Source: a candidate division WOR-3 bacterium (lineage in GTDB: Bacteria > Hydrothermota > Hydrothermia > Hydrothermales > JAJRUZ01). From it: a stretch of DNA of 64,000 bases. The stretch covers positions 96,851-160,850 of the forward strand of contig JBDRZP010000002.1 of NCBI GenBank assembly GCA_039804025.1, written 5' to 3'. The notes beneath the pieces were generated by a model. It was not told the DNA's origin and ran no database searches. It worked only from the letters and a program-made list of their open reading frames with translations. Below, one piece after another: positions 48,449-57,819 of the stretch; positions within the stretch are counted from its first letter, which is position 1; each line of letters begins with the position of its first letter. Position numbers and translations under genes: made by a program.

Positions 48449-49337
48449 AGTCGGAATAATTCTTAACCCTTATTCAGGTTCAGGAAAATCTAATAAAATT
48501 TTAAAATGGTTAAAGGAAAAATTGAAAGTTGATAGATATAGTTATTTTATTGAAATTCTGGAAAAAGGTAAAAATATTAGGGAAAATTTATTAAGATTAT
48601 GGGAAAAAAAGGTAAACAAAATAATTGTTTTAGGGGGTGATGGAACACTTTTTCACATTATAAATAATATACCAAAAAATTTTAATATTCCTTTTTCTCT
48701 TTTTCCTTCTGGTTCAGGTAATGATTTTATAAAAACAATTTTTCGAAATAAAAAGGATCTTTCATTTTTTTATGAAGTTTTTAAAAGAGGAATTATTAAA
48801 AGTACCTATACGGGTGAAGTAATAACTAAAAATAAAAGATATTTTTTTGTGAATGCAGCAGGCATTGGTTTTGACGCTAAAATTGCAAAAAGAGCTCTTA
48901 AAATAAGGTCTCTAAGAGGTTTATTGAGGTATCTTCTTTCACTTTTTATAGAGTTAAGGGGAAAAATTTCCTATGAGATGGAAATAGAAGATAGGGAGAA
49001 AGTTTTAAAAGGGAAATATTTGATTCTGGGTTTAGGTATAGGGAAATATTTGGGTGGTGGTTTCTATTTATTTCCAGATGCTTCTCCCTTTGATAATAAA
49101 CTTTCTATATGTATTATTAAAGATATGGATAAGATAAATGTTTTTAAAAAATTGCCCCATGCAATTAAGGGAACACACCTTTCTTTACCAGAATGTATTT
49201 ATTTTAAAAGAGAAGATATAAATATAAAATTAAAAGAAAAAATATTCATTCAATTGGATGGAGAGGTTTTTAAACTTAAGGATAATGAAATAAGAGCAAA
49301 AATCTCAGATAGAAAATTCAATCTCCTCTATATCTGA
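48444..49337 (+). CDS. Diacylglycerol / lipid kinase catalytic-domain protein (YegS / DagK-like); start unresolved
   Basis: The frame is open from 48429 and reads (I)[19 protein letters not shown]...[12 protein letters not shown]. These are the DAGK_cat glycine-loop and GGDGT motifs. The TTG at 48522 used in the track would remove the essential NPxSGxG loop. The only in-frame candidate start is the ATT at 48444, which overlaps the recA TAG stop. Confidence 0.65.
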   Translation: MRVGIILNPYSGSGKSNKILKWLKEKLKVDRYSYFIEILEKGKNIRENLLRLWEKKVNKIIVLGGDGTLFHIINNIPKNFNIPFSLFPSGSGNDFIKTIFRNKKDLSFFYEVFKRGIIKSTYTGEVITKNKRYFFVNAAGIGFDAKIAKRALKIRSLRGLLRYLLSLFIELRGKISYEMEIEDREKVLKGKYLILGLGIGKYLGGGFYLFPDASPFDNKLSICIIKDMDKINVFKKLPHAIKGTHLSLPECIYFKREDINIKLKEKIFIQLDGEVFKLKDNEIRAKISDRKFNLLYI

Positions 49338-49470
49338 TTGACAAATTAAACTAAAAAACATTAATAATTATTTATGAACCATGTTTATAAAAAAAAATTT
49401 TTTTTAAGAGAAAAAAATGATAAAAAAACTGCAAAACAACAAGATTTTAAAAAAATAAAAAAAATATCTA

Positions 49471-49555
49471 TGTGGAAATTTTTTGAACATTTTAATTATC
49501 TGATTGTAATAGAGTCAGATTTTTATAAAATATAATGTGGAAATCTTTGTGGAAA
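49471..49555 (+). promoter_or_regulatory. Cluster of three DnaA-box-like 9-mers (ATGTGGAAA / TTGTGGAAA) upstream of dnaA
   Basis: TGTGGAAA occurs at 49471-78, 49536-43 and 49548-55, all in the same orientation. The consensus DnaA box is TTATCCACA, whose reverse complement is TGTGGATAA. The boxes here are the TTTTCCACA variant. Confidence 0.55.
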
Positions 49556-49574
49556 AATTTAAAAAAATTTAAAG

Positions 49575-49586
49575 AGGTTCAATTCC
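49575..49586 (+). promoter_or_regulatory. Upstream motif AGGTTCAATTCC, 22 nt upstream of the dnaA ATG
   Basis: Seen directly. Confidence 0.5.
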
Positions 49587-49608
49587 TCGAATAAAAAGGA
49601 GTAAATAA

Positions 49609-50934
49609 ATGAAAGGTAAAACCTTGTGGGAAAAAATGGTTGAAAAATTGAAAAAGGAGCTTTCTGAACAGGAATTCAGATTATTTGAAAAGGTAAATGG
49701 TGGAGATATTGAGGAAGATCACAAGCTTAAGATTTTCTGTCCTGATGAGTATACTAAGGACATAATAGAAAAGGCTTTTGGGGCGAAGTTAAAAAGAATA
49801 CTTTCTGACCTTGATTATCCAATGATTGAGTTAGTTTTTGAAATTAAAGGGGATGGAAAAGCTGAGGAAATCAAGAATATAAAAGTCAAAGATGAGGAAA
49901 TTAAAAGGGAGGGAATTCATTATGGATTAAATCCTGTTTATACTTTTGAAAATTTTGTTCCAGGGAAAAATAGTGAAATGGCTTACACTACTGCCAGGGC
50001 TGTAGCTCATGCACCGGGGCATGAGTACAACCCCCTATTTATTTATGGTGGGGTTGGTCTTGGAAAAACACATCTTCTTCATGCTATAGGTAATGATATT
50101 TTAAAAAGAAAAAAGAACTTCAAGATTTTATTACTAACAACTGAGGAACTCATATCTAAAATTGTTGATGCAATTCAAAAAAGAAAAATGAATGAATTTA
50201 GAAGCAAAATAAGAAGTTTTGATGTGCTTTTGATTGATGATATTCACTTTCTCTCTGGAGCTGAATTTTCTCAGGAAGCTTTATTCCATATATTTAACTC
50301 TTTTTATAATGAAAAAAAACAGGTGGTCCTCACTGCAGATAGAGCACCCTGGGAAATGGATAACATAGCAGAAAGACTTGTGGACAGATTCTCCTGGGGG
50401 CTTGTAACTGATATAAAGCCTCCTGAATATGAAACAAGGCTCGCTATTTTAAAACTTAAGGCTGAAGAGAGGGGGCTTGAAATTTCTGAGGATGTTTTAG
50501 AATTAATAGCAAGAAATGTAAAGAAGAATGTAAGACTTCTTGAGAGTTGTATAGCAAAATTATATGCAATACAGTCTCTTAAAAGAATAAAAATAACTCT
50601 TCCAATGGCTCAAAAATATCTAAGTGATATATTCTCTTCAGCAGCTATAAATGAGCCTGATGATGTAGTAAGAGTGGTTTCTGAATATTACAATATTCCA
50701 AAAACTGAAATAACTGGAAAGAAACAAAAAAAAGAGCTGGTTCAAGCAAGACAGGTAAGCATGTTTATAATGAAAAATGTTTTCAATATGACTGTAGTGG
50801 AAATTGCAAAATACTTTGATAAAGACCATACAACTGTTTTACATGCAATAAATAAAATTGAATCCCAGATTCAGAAAAACGAAAAATTAAAAGAAGATAT
50901 TATGGAAATTGAAAAAATGTTAAAAAGAGTGTAG
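49609..50934 (+). CDS. dnaA: Chromosomal replication initiator DnaA
   Basis: The AAA+ motifs are NPLFIYGGVGLGKTHLLHAIGN and LLIDDIHFL. The C-terminal DNA-binding domain is RQVSMFIMKNV...TVLHA. Confidence 0.95.
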   Translation: MKGKTLWEKMVEKLKKELSEQEFRLFEKVNGGDIEEDHKLKIFCPDEYTKDIIEKAFGAKLKRILSDLDYPMIELVFEIKGDGKAEEIKNIKVKDEEIKREGIHYGLNPVYTFENFVPGKNSEMAYTTARAVAHAPGHEYNPLFIYGGVGLGKTHLLHAIGNDILKRKKNFKILLLTTEELISKIVDAIQKRKMNEFRSKIRSFDVLLIDDIHFLSGAEFSQEALFHIFNSFYNEKKQVVLTADRAPWEMDNIAERLVDRFSWGLVTDIKPPEYETRLAILKLKAEERGLEISEDVLELIARNVKKNVRLLESCIAKLYAIQSLKRIKITLPMAQKYLSDIFSSAAINEPDDVVRVVSEYYNIPKTEITGKKQKKELVQARQVSMFIMKNVFNMTVVEIAKYFDKDHTTVLHAINKIESQIQKNEKLKEDIMEIEKMLKRV

Positions 50935-50940
50935 AAAAAA

Positions 50941-51058
50941 TGTGGAAAAGTATTTTATTAATTTTTCCAATATTTTTCCACATTGAATTTTTTTTAGAGA
51001 CACCTAATGATTTTAAATTTCCACAAACTTAATAATATAATTATAAATATATATTTAA
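50941..51058. other. Candidate oriC: three DnaA-box variants in both orientations plus an AT-rich unwinding tract, between dnaA and dnaN
   Basis: TGTGGAAAA lies at 50941-49 on the + strand. TTTCCACA lies at 50975-82 and 51018-25, which is the opposite orientation. The AT tract TAATAATATAATTATAAATATATATTTAAC spans 51029-51058. Confidence 0.55.
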
Positions 51059-51060
51059 CA

Positions 51061-51072
51061 AGGTTCAAATCC
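51061..51072 (+). promoter_or_regulatory. Upstream motif AGGTTCAAATCC, 19 nt upstream of the dnaN ATG
   Basis: Seen directly. Confidence 0.5.
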
Positions 51073-51091
51073 TTAAAATATAAAACTAATT

Positions 51092-52180
51092 ATGAGATTT
51101 AAAATTTTAAAAGAAGACTTTTTGAAAATGATTGAGAGTGTATATCATGCTATTCCATCAAAGGCAGCATTACCAATTCTTGAAAACATAAAGTTAGAGA
51201 CAAAGGGAAACGAAGTTAATCTTTTTTCCACAAATTTAAACTTTTCTTTAAAAGTTAAGGGAAAGGCGGATGTTGAGGAGGAAGGAGCAATTTGTATAAA
51301 AGGAAAAGAATTAAAGGAAATAGCTTCAAGAATTAAAAATGAAAAAATTTTAATAGAGAAAAGAGATGAAAGGGAACTTTTAATTCATACTTCCCTTGGT
51401 GAATACAGTTTTTTTATTCAGCCGCCTGAGGAGTTTCCCTCAATTGAGGAGATAGAGTTAAAGGAAGGGATTGAGGTCCCATCAAATTTAATATTAGAAG
51501 GTATTGAGAAAGTTTCCTTCTGTGTAGCAAAGAATGATTCAAGACAATTTTTAAACAATATTTTGCTGGACTTAAAGAAGAATAAGCTTTCTTTTGTTTC
51601 CTCTGATTCACATAAACTCGGTGTTTATGAGATAGAAATTGAAAATAAAGGTGTAGAAGGTGAATATTTACTGGATCCAAAGAGCTTTGATTTTCTTAAA
51701 GAATACAAAAATGAAACAATTAAAATATTTTTCTCTGAGACTAAAGTTCAGTTTAATTTCAGCAATGGATATGAAATAGTAAATCTTGTTGATGATAAAT
51801 TTCCTGATTACAGAGCTGTTGTCCCCTCAGATACTCCTTACAGATTAAAAATTGTAAGGGAAGATTTAATAGAAAGTTTAAGAAGACTATCAGTTTTTAC
51901 TACACCTCCTAATCATCCTGTACAATTTTCTCTTTCGCCAGAATCGTTAATTATAAGGGCAGTCTCAGGTGAGGTAGGAGAAGGATATGAAAAGTTAAAA
52001 GGTTTCTATGAAGGAGATAAAATTGAAATTGGTTTTAACTCTCATTATTTGCTTGATATTTTAAGACATATAGATGAAGATGTGGTAGAAATAGGTATTA
52101 CTGGAAGTGAAAGTGCAAGTTTAATAAAGGGGGAAGGCGCTAATCATTACTTTTATCTTTTAATGCCCATTAGGATTTAG
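51092..52180 (+). CDS. dnaN: DNA polymerase III beta subunit (sliding clamp)
   Basis: It has the three-domain clamp architecture. The N-terminus MRFKILKEDFLKMIESV...LPILENIKLE is typical of DnaN. Confidence 0.9.
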   Translation: MRFKILKEDFLKMIESVYHAIPSKAALPILENIKLETKGNEVNLFSTNLNFSLKVKGKADVEEEGAICIKGKELKEIASRIKNEKILIEKRDERELLIHTSLGEYSFFIQPPEEFPSIEEIELKEGIEVPSNLILEGIEKVSFCVAKNDSRQFLNNILLDLKKNKLSFVSSDSHKLGVYEIEIENKGVEGEYLLDPKSFDFLKEYKNETIKIFFSETKVQFNFSNGYEIVNLVDDKFPDYRAVVPSDTPYRLKIVREDLIESLRRLSVFTTPPNHPVQFSLSPESLIIRAVSGEVGEGYEKLKGFYEGDKIEIGFNSHYLLDILRHIDEDVVEIGITGSESASLIKGEGANHYFYLLMPIRI

Positions 52181-53002
52181 TATAGATTCTAAAATTCTAA
52201 AAACTTGTTTAGTTTCAAGTACATCGTGTACTCTTATTATGTTTACTTTTTTTAAAAATAAATAGGCAGCAACTGCAAGGGTACCTATTAATCTATCCTC
52301 AGGTTTTTCTAATTCAAGTATTTTCCCTATAAAGGACTTTCTTGAATGACCTACTAATATAGGAAACCCGAACTCTTTAAATTCATCTATATTTTTCAAA
52401 ATTAAAAGGTTATCAATTACCCTTTTTCCAAAACCTATACCTGGGTCTATAACTATTTTTTCTTTTTTAATCCCATTTTTTAAAGCAAAGTCTACTTTCT
52501 CTTTAAGTTCCTCTTTAATTTCCTTTATGGTATCCTCATAGAAGGGGTTTTCCTGCATATTTTTTGGTGTTCCCCTTATATGCATTATTATTATACCTGC
52601 ATCAAATTTTTTAACAATCTTTATCATTTCCGGGTCATCCCTTAATCCTGATATGTCATTAACTATATTTGCTCCTCTTTTTAAAGCTTCTTCTGCCACC
52701 TTTGACTTTCTTGTATCTATTGAAATTGGAATATCTATTTTTTTTCTTAATCTTTCAATAACTGGGATAACTCTTTTTAATTCTTCTTCAAGAGGCACAG
52801 GCTCCGAAAAAGGTCTTGAAGACTCACCTCCTATATCAATTATATCTGCACCTTGCTCAAAAATTTCTTTACCCCTTTCGAGAGCTTTATCTAAATCAAA
52901 ATACTTTCCCCCATCATAAAAGGAATCAGGGGTTACATTCAAAATACCCATTATTTTTGGTTCTGAAAGATCTATTTCTCCTTCTTTAAATGAAAAATTC
53001 AA
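52160..53002 (-). CDS. folP: Dihydropteroate synthase
   Basis: GILNVTPDSFYDGG...IIDIGGESSRP is the pterin-binding signature. Confidence 0.9.
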   Translation of the reverse strand: MNFSFKEGEIDLSEPKIMGILNVTPDSFYDGGKYFDLDKALERGKEIFEQGADIIDIGGESSRPFSEPVPLEEELKRVIPVIERLRKKIDIPISIDTRKSKVAEEALKRGANIVNDISGLRDDPEMIKIVKKFDAGIIIMHIRGTPKNMQENPFYEDTIKEIKEELKEKVDFALKNGIKKEKIVIDPGIGFGKRVIDNLLILKNIDEFKEFGFPILVGHSRKSFIGKILELEKPEDRLIGTLAVAAYLFLKKVNIIRVHDVLETKQVFRILESILNPNGH

Positions 53003-53015
53003 GAAAAATAAAAAA

Positions 53016-53088
<73 letters not shown>

Positions 53089-53132
53089 TTAATTATAAAT
53101 TATAATTAAAAAAAAATTTTTTTTCAAGTAAG

Positions 53133-53498
53133 TTATTCTTTAAATATTTTTTTAATTGCTTCTCTCAGAGTCTGTACTGTAAATGGTTTAGGTAAAAAGG
53201 CATCCGCGTTTAAATTTTTAACTTTTTCCCTTGTTTCAAAAGAATCATAAGCTGTAACAACTATTGACCTTATATCAGGGTCCTGCATCTGAATTTTTGC
53301 CAGAAGTTCCAGGCCTGAAATTCCTGGTAATTTTATGTCAGTGATAATAAGATCATACTCCCCTGGAACAAATTTCTCAAGGGCTTCTTCTCCTGTTCTT
53401 GCGAGAGTTACATCGTGCTCCTCTTTTAATGTCTGGGAAACAAAGAAAGATAAAGGACCCTCATCCTCCACCACAAGAATTTTTAATTTTTTCATCAA
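53133..53498 (-). CDS. Single-domain response regulator (CheY-like)
   Basis: ILVVEDE...DLIITDIKLPGISGLELL...VVTAY. Confidence 0.85.
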   Translation of the reverse strand: MMKKLKILVVEDEGPLSFFVSQTLKEEHDVTLARTGEEALEKFVPGEYDLIITDIKLPGISGLELLAKIQMQDPDIRSIVVTAYDSFETREKVKNLNADAFLPKPFTVQTLREAIKKIFKE

Positions 53499-55018
53499 AT
53501 CTCCTCCATCATTTCTATAAATTTTTCAACAATTTCAGGTTTAAATTTGTATCCCTTTAATTCTCTTAAAAGTTTTATTGCCTCCTTTTTATCTAATTTA
53601 TCTGCATAACTTCTTTCATTAGTGATTGCATCATAAACATCACATATGGAAATAATCTGTGCACCTAATGGAATCTCATCGCCCTTTAACCCATCAGGAT
53701 AACCCGATCCATCCCAGTTTTCATGGTGATATTTTATAAGGGGAAGAACAGGTTTTAAAAAGGCAATAGGCTTTAATATCTCAAGACCTATTTGAATGTG
53801 TTCCTTCATCAATTCCATTTCTTCTCTTGTTAAAGTGCCAGGTTTATCAAGTAAATATTCCCTTATTCCAATTTTACCAACATCATGAAGAAGCGCTGCA
53901 TATCTTATATTTTTAATATCTTCTTCGTTTAAATTTAACTTTTTAGCGAATTTAACAGCAAGTTCAGATACTCTCTGAGAATGACCCCTTAAGGAAGGAT
54001 CCTTTGCTTCTGTTGCTTTAACAAGAGCCATTAGGGATTCTATATAGCTTCTTTCAAGTTTTTTAAAGAGAATGGCATTTTGAATTGAGACTGAAGCGTG
54101 ATTCGCATAAATTGATAGTTCTTCTTTTAACTCTTGTAAACTCTCTTCCATTCTGTTACCGATCATTAAAGCACCAATAACCCCTTCATTTGTTTCAAGG
54201 GGAATAATCATTATTTCTCTTATATCCCCTTCCGTATATTTAATTAAGAAACTTTCCTTTTCTGTTTCAAGGTTAAGTTTATCATCCCTTTTAATTAAGT
54301 TATCAAAACCGTAAACTTCTTTAACAGAAAAGTGAGAATTTTCTTTTAAAAGGAAGGCACAGTCTTTTTTCCCTGCTATTTCCATTGCTCCTTCAATTAT
54401 AAGGGGTATAAGTTTTTCAAGGTAAAGTTCGGATTGAAGTTTATCACTTAAGTGGTGCAGAATTGATAACTTATTAATTTTTTCTTCCAGTTTTTTATCA
54501 ACTTCAGCTTTTTGAGCTTTTAATTTTTCATTTGCAATTGAAAGTTCCTTGTTTAGCCTACTTAATTCATTAAGAAGTCTTTTATTTTCTTCCTGTAATT
54601 TTCTTTTTCCCAGTGCATTTTTAATAACATTTTTCAGGGTTTCAACTTTAAAGGGTTTTATTAAATAATCATAAGCACCAGCCTTTAAGGCTTCAATTGA
54701 ACTTTCAAGAGATGCGTAGGCCGTCATCATGATTACCTGAATATCAGGATCAAGAGCCTTTGCTGCCTTTAAAATTTCAATTCCCGTTGTATCAGGTAGT
54801 CTTATATCCTGCAATATGAGATGAGGTAAAAACCCCTCAATTATTTTTAGGGCATCAGAGCCATTATGGGCTACTCTCACCTCATAATCAAGATTATCCT
54901 GTGTAATGTTTTTTACAATAAAATTAGCCAGAGTCTCTTCATCATCTACCACAAGTATTCTCCATTTTTCTTCTTTCATATCAATATATATTTTAAAGTT
55001 TTTATTTAGGTAATTCAA
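53495..55018 (-). CDS. Response regulator with GAF-like and HD-GYP (c-di-GMP phosphodiesterase) output domains
   Basis: The receiver domain is ILVVDDE...LQDIRLPDTTGIEIL...MMTAY. The HD-GYP domain is HSQRVSEL...LLHDVGKIGI...HHENWDGSGYPDGL. Confidence 0.85.
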   Translation of the reverse strand: MNYLNKNFKIYIDMKEEKWRILVVDDEETLANFIVKNITQDNLDYEVRVAHNGSDALKIIEGFLPHLILQDIRLPDTTGIEILKAAKALDPDIQVIMMTAYASLESSIEALKAGAYDYLIKPFKVETLKNVIKNALGKRKLQEENKRLLNELSRLNKELSIANEKLKAQKAEVDKKLEEKINKLSILHHLSDKLQSELYLEKLIPLIIEGAMEIAGKKDCAFLLKENSHFSVKEVYGFDNLIKRDDKLNLETEKESFLIKYTEGDIREIMIIPLETNEGVIGALMIGNRMEESLQELKEELSIYANHASVSIQNAILFKKLERSYIESLMALVKATEAKDPSLRGHSQRVSELAVKFAKKLNLNEEDIKNIRYAALLHDVGKIGIREYLLDKPGTLTREEMELMKEHIQIGLEILKPIAFLKPVLPLIKYHHENWDGSGYPDGLKGDEIPLGAQIISICDVYDAITNERSYADKLDKKEAIKLLRELKGYKFKPEIVEKFIEMMEEI

Positions 55019-57569
55019 TTAAGAATTTGGTTCCTTTTCCTTTTTCGCTCTCTACATATATTTTTGCTCCGTGATCCTCAATAATTCTGTGGACTATTGC
55101 AAGCCCCAAACCGGATCCTCCCTTTTTTGTTGTATAAAAGGGTTCAAATATATGGGCAAGTTCAGAGGGTTCAATTCCCACACCCGTATCTTCTATACTT
55201 ATAAATATTATCCCTCCTGTTTTCTCACCTGCCTGTAAGGTAAGTTTCCCTCCTTCTGGCATTGCTTCTAATCCGTTTCTTATTAAATTTTCCAAAACTT
55301 CCTTCATCTGGTCTTCATCAATATAGGCTATAAGCTCATATTCTGGTAAACTGAGATAAAAATCAACTTTTTTCTCTCTGAATTCCTGGCTGTAAAAAAT
55401 TACTATTTCTTCAATCATCTCTTTTATATTTACCCTTTTTCTTTTAAGAGGAGGTCTCCTTGCAAAGGAAAGGAGATTTTTAATAAGTCTATCAAGTCTT
55501 GAAATTTCCTTTAATATAACTCCAAGATGTTTTTTCTTTGGATCATCATCCTGTAAACTGGAATATATATACTCAATACCAACTGATATACTTGCAAGTG
55601 GATTTTTAATCTCATGTGCCATGTGAGCTGCAATCCTTCCAATTGCTGAGAGTCTTTCAGTTCTTCTTAACTGTTCTTCAAGTGCGACCACTTCTTTTAT
55701 ATCTTCAATCATAAGTATAAAACCCTTAATTCTTTCTTTTTCATAAATGAAAGTTGAAGAAAGTGAGAGAGGAATTGTTTCTTCACCTCTTTTTATTTCT
55801 ACATTTTTCTTTATAAGGGGGATTCTCTCCTCAATACTTCTTCTAAAAATACAATTTGGGTCCCCAGGTTCGTGTTCCTCAAATATCCTGCAAAGAGAGC
55901 TTTCCTTTATTTCCTCCTCTTTTAACTTTAAAGTATAAATTGCAGCAAAATTCACCCTTTTAACATAAAGGTCTCTATCTGCATAAATTATACCAACTGG
56001 AATATTTTTAAGGATTATATCTATAAATTCTTCTTCTCCTTTTAAAATAGATAATTCCTTTTTGTATTCATCTATAGCCTTTCTATAAGCCAAAAAACTC
56101 GAAATCAATTTTGATATTCTTTCAAAAATTTCAATATCTTCCTTTGAAAAACCATCAATCTTAGGTGAAGAAATTACCATCACTCCTATTGCTTCTTTAT
56201 CAACAATTAAGGGCAAAACAACCTCTGATTTAACAAGGGGTGAGGCTGGAATATACCTTATATCTTTTGAAACATCAGGTGCGTAAATAATCTCCTTTCT
56301 ATGAACAGCATGCCCTGAAAGTCCCTCAACACCTATTTTTAGTCTTCTCTTTGAGAGCTCCTCAAAATCTTCATAGCCAATTCCAACTTTCATTCTTAAA
56401 TAATCCTCTTCTTCCCTTAAAAGAAAACCAACATATAAAATGTCTAATTCATCTTTTATTATATAACCTACATTGTATAAGAGATCTTCAATATTTTGAT
56501 GATGGGGCACTATATCTATTATTCGCATCAATACCCTGTTAAGTTTATTTAAATTTTCAATTTTTTTCTTTAAATTTAAAATATCTAATATAAGGGATAG
56601 AAATACCGGATTTATATAACTTTTTTCTCCTTTGAAAGAAACAAGGTATTCAGCTTGAGAGGTTTTTAATTCAAAGATATTAAAATCTTTTTTTTCTTTA
56701 AATTCTCTCCTATCCTCAAGGGACTTGAATTTTTCTTCCTCTTTTATAAAAACTTCTGTTTCATAAACATTAAATCTTTCACTAAGGTAACTTTTGAAAA
56801 ATTTTAAGGATTCATTAAAGTTTAAGGAAATAATTTTTTCAAAAAATTCTGATGAAAATAAGAGTTTTTCTTCATACCACTCCTCTGATAGATTAACGAT
56901 TGAATTTAAAAATTCTTTTTCCTCTTCATTTAAAAATTCTTTATCTACAAGAAGTATTGTTTTACTTTTTGAAAAGGAAAATAATTTTTTTTCTTCATAA
57001 ATAATACTTTCTCCTTGAGTTTCAAAATAAGGAATTATCTCCTTTATTTTCTCCTCATCTAATTTTTCTAAAGTTCCAATTTTTATATTAAAATTTTTAG
57101 TTTTAAAATAGATTCCATTTAAATTTAAAAGATAAGATAGTTCTTTTAAAGAATTTTCAATATTCTCCCTTATTTGAGCTTCCAAGGACCTATGGAAATT
57201 GAAGAGAAAGTTCAATTTAAATATTTCATTTTTAGCATCTTCAAAAAGTCTGTAATTCTTTATAAAAATAGATGTTGTATAAAGTATTTTTTTTATTTCT
57301 TCTATTTTTAAATCATCTTTTAAGGAAAAAGAAATTATTGTGTATATTTTCTCATTGTCATGAAGAGGAATATAAATATTTCCATTTTTTATAACTTCCT
57401 CTTTATCAAACAATAATTTTTTCAATTCTTTTACTTCAAGAAAACCTTTTATTTTTTCTGGTTCAATAAGATTTATTTCAGAATTAATTTTTAATTCGAG
57501 AAAATTTTTTATGTTTTTAATTATTTCGGCTATACCTTTTGATTCATTTAATAAATCAATTAATTCCAT
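55002..57569 (-). CDS. Multi-sensor (GAF / PAS-like) histidine kinase, cytoplasmic
   Basis: The H-box is AHMAHEIKNPLASI. HATPase_c carries IEDTGVGIE and GSGLGLAIVHRIIEDHG. Confidence 0.8.
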   Translation of the reverse strand: MELIDLLNESKGIAEIIKNIKNFLELKINSEINLIEPEKIKGFLEVKELKKLLFDKEEVIKNGNIYIPLHDNEKIYTIISFSLKDDLKIEEIKKILYTTSIFIKNYRLFEDAKNEIFKLNFLFNFHRSLEAQIRENIENSLKELSYLLNLNGIYFKTKNFNIKIGTLEKLDEEKIKEIIPYFETQGESIIYEEKKLFSFSKSKTILLVDKEFLNEEEKEFLNSIVNLSEEWYEEKLLFSSEFFEKIISLNFNESLKFFKSYLSERFNVYETEVFIKEEEKFKSLEDRREFKEKKDFNIFELKTSQAEYLVSFKGEKSYINPVFLSLILDILNLKKKIENLNKLNRVLMRIIDIVPHHQNIEDLLYNVGYIIKDELDILYVGFLLREEEDYLRMKVGIGYEDFEELSKRRLKIGVEGLSGHAVHRKEIIYAPDVSKDIRYIPASPLVKSEVVLPLIVDKEAIGVMVISSPKIDGFSKEDIEIFERISKLISSFLAYRKAIDEYKKELSILKGEEEFIDIILKNIPVGIIYADRDLYVKRVNFAAIYTLKLKEEEIKESSLCRIFEEHEPGDPNCIFRRSIEERIPLIKKNVEIKRGEETIPLSLSSTFIYEKERIKGFILMIEDIKEVVALEEQLRRTERLSAIGRIAAHMAHEIKNPLASISVGIEYIYSSLQDDDPKKKHLGVILKEISRLDRLIKNLLSFARRPPLKRKRVNIKEMIEEIVIFYSQEFREKKVDFYLSLPEYELIAYIDEDQMKEVLENLIRNGLEAMPEGGKLTLQAGEKTGGIIFISIEDTGVGIEPSELAHIFEPFYTTKKGGSGLGLAIVHRIIEDHGAKIYVESEKGKGTKFLIELPK

Positions 57570-57570
57570 T

Positions 57571-57819
57571 TCAATCCTCCATCAATTTTTGAAGTCTCTC
57601 CTTTGCTTCCTTATGCTCAGGTATAATTTCTAAAAGTTTTTTATAAAGGTTTATAGCTTCTTCGTTTTCATTGAGAATCTCCATTAAAAGAGCAAGATGG
57701 TATATAATATCTGGATCAGATGGATTCTCTTTGTAAAGTTTTTCAAGAATTTCTCTTGCTTCTTTATAATTTTGCGAGAGCATTAAAAGCTTAGCTTGAT
57801 CAAAAAGATCTTCTTTCAT
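57571..57819 (-). CDS. Small TPR-like protein
   Basis: 82 aa made of two TPR-like helical hairpins. Confidence 0.45.
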   Translation of the reverse strand: MKEDLFDQAKLLMLSQNYKEAREILEKLYKENPSDPDIIYHLALLMEILNENEEAINLYKKLLEIIPEHKEAKERLQKLMED

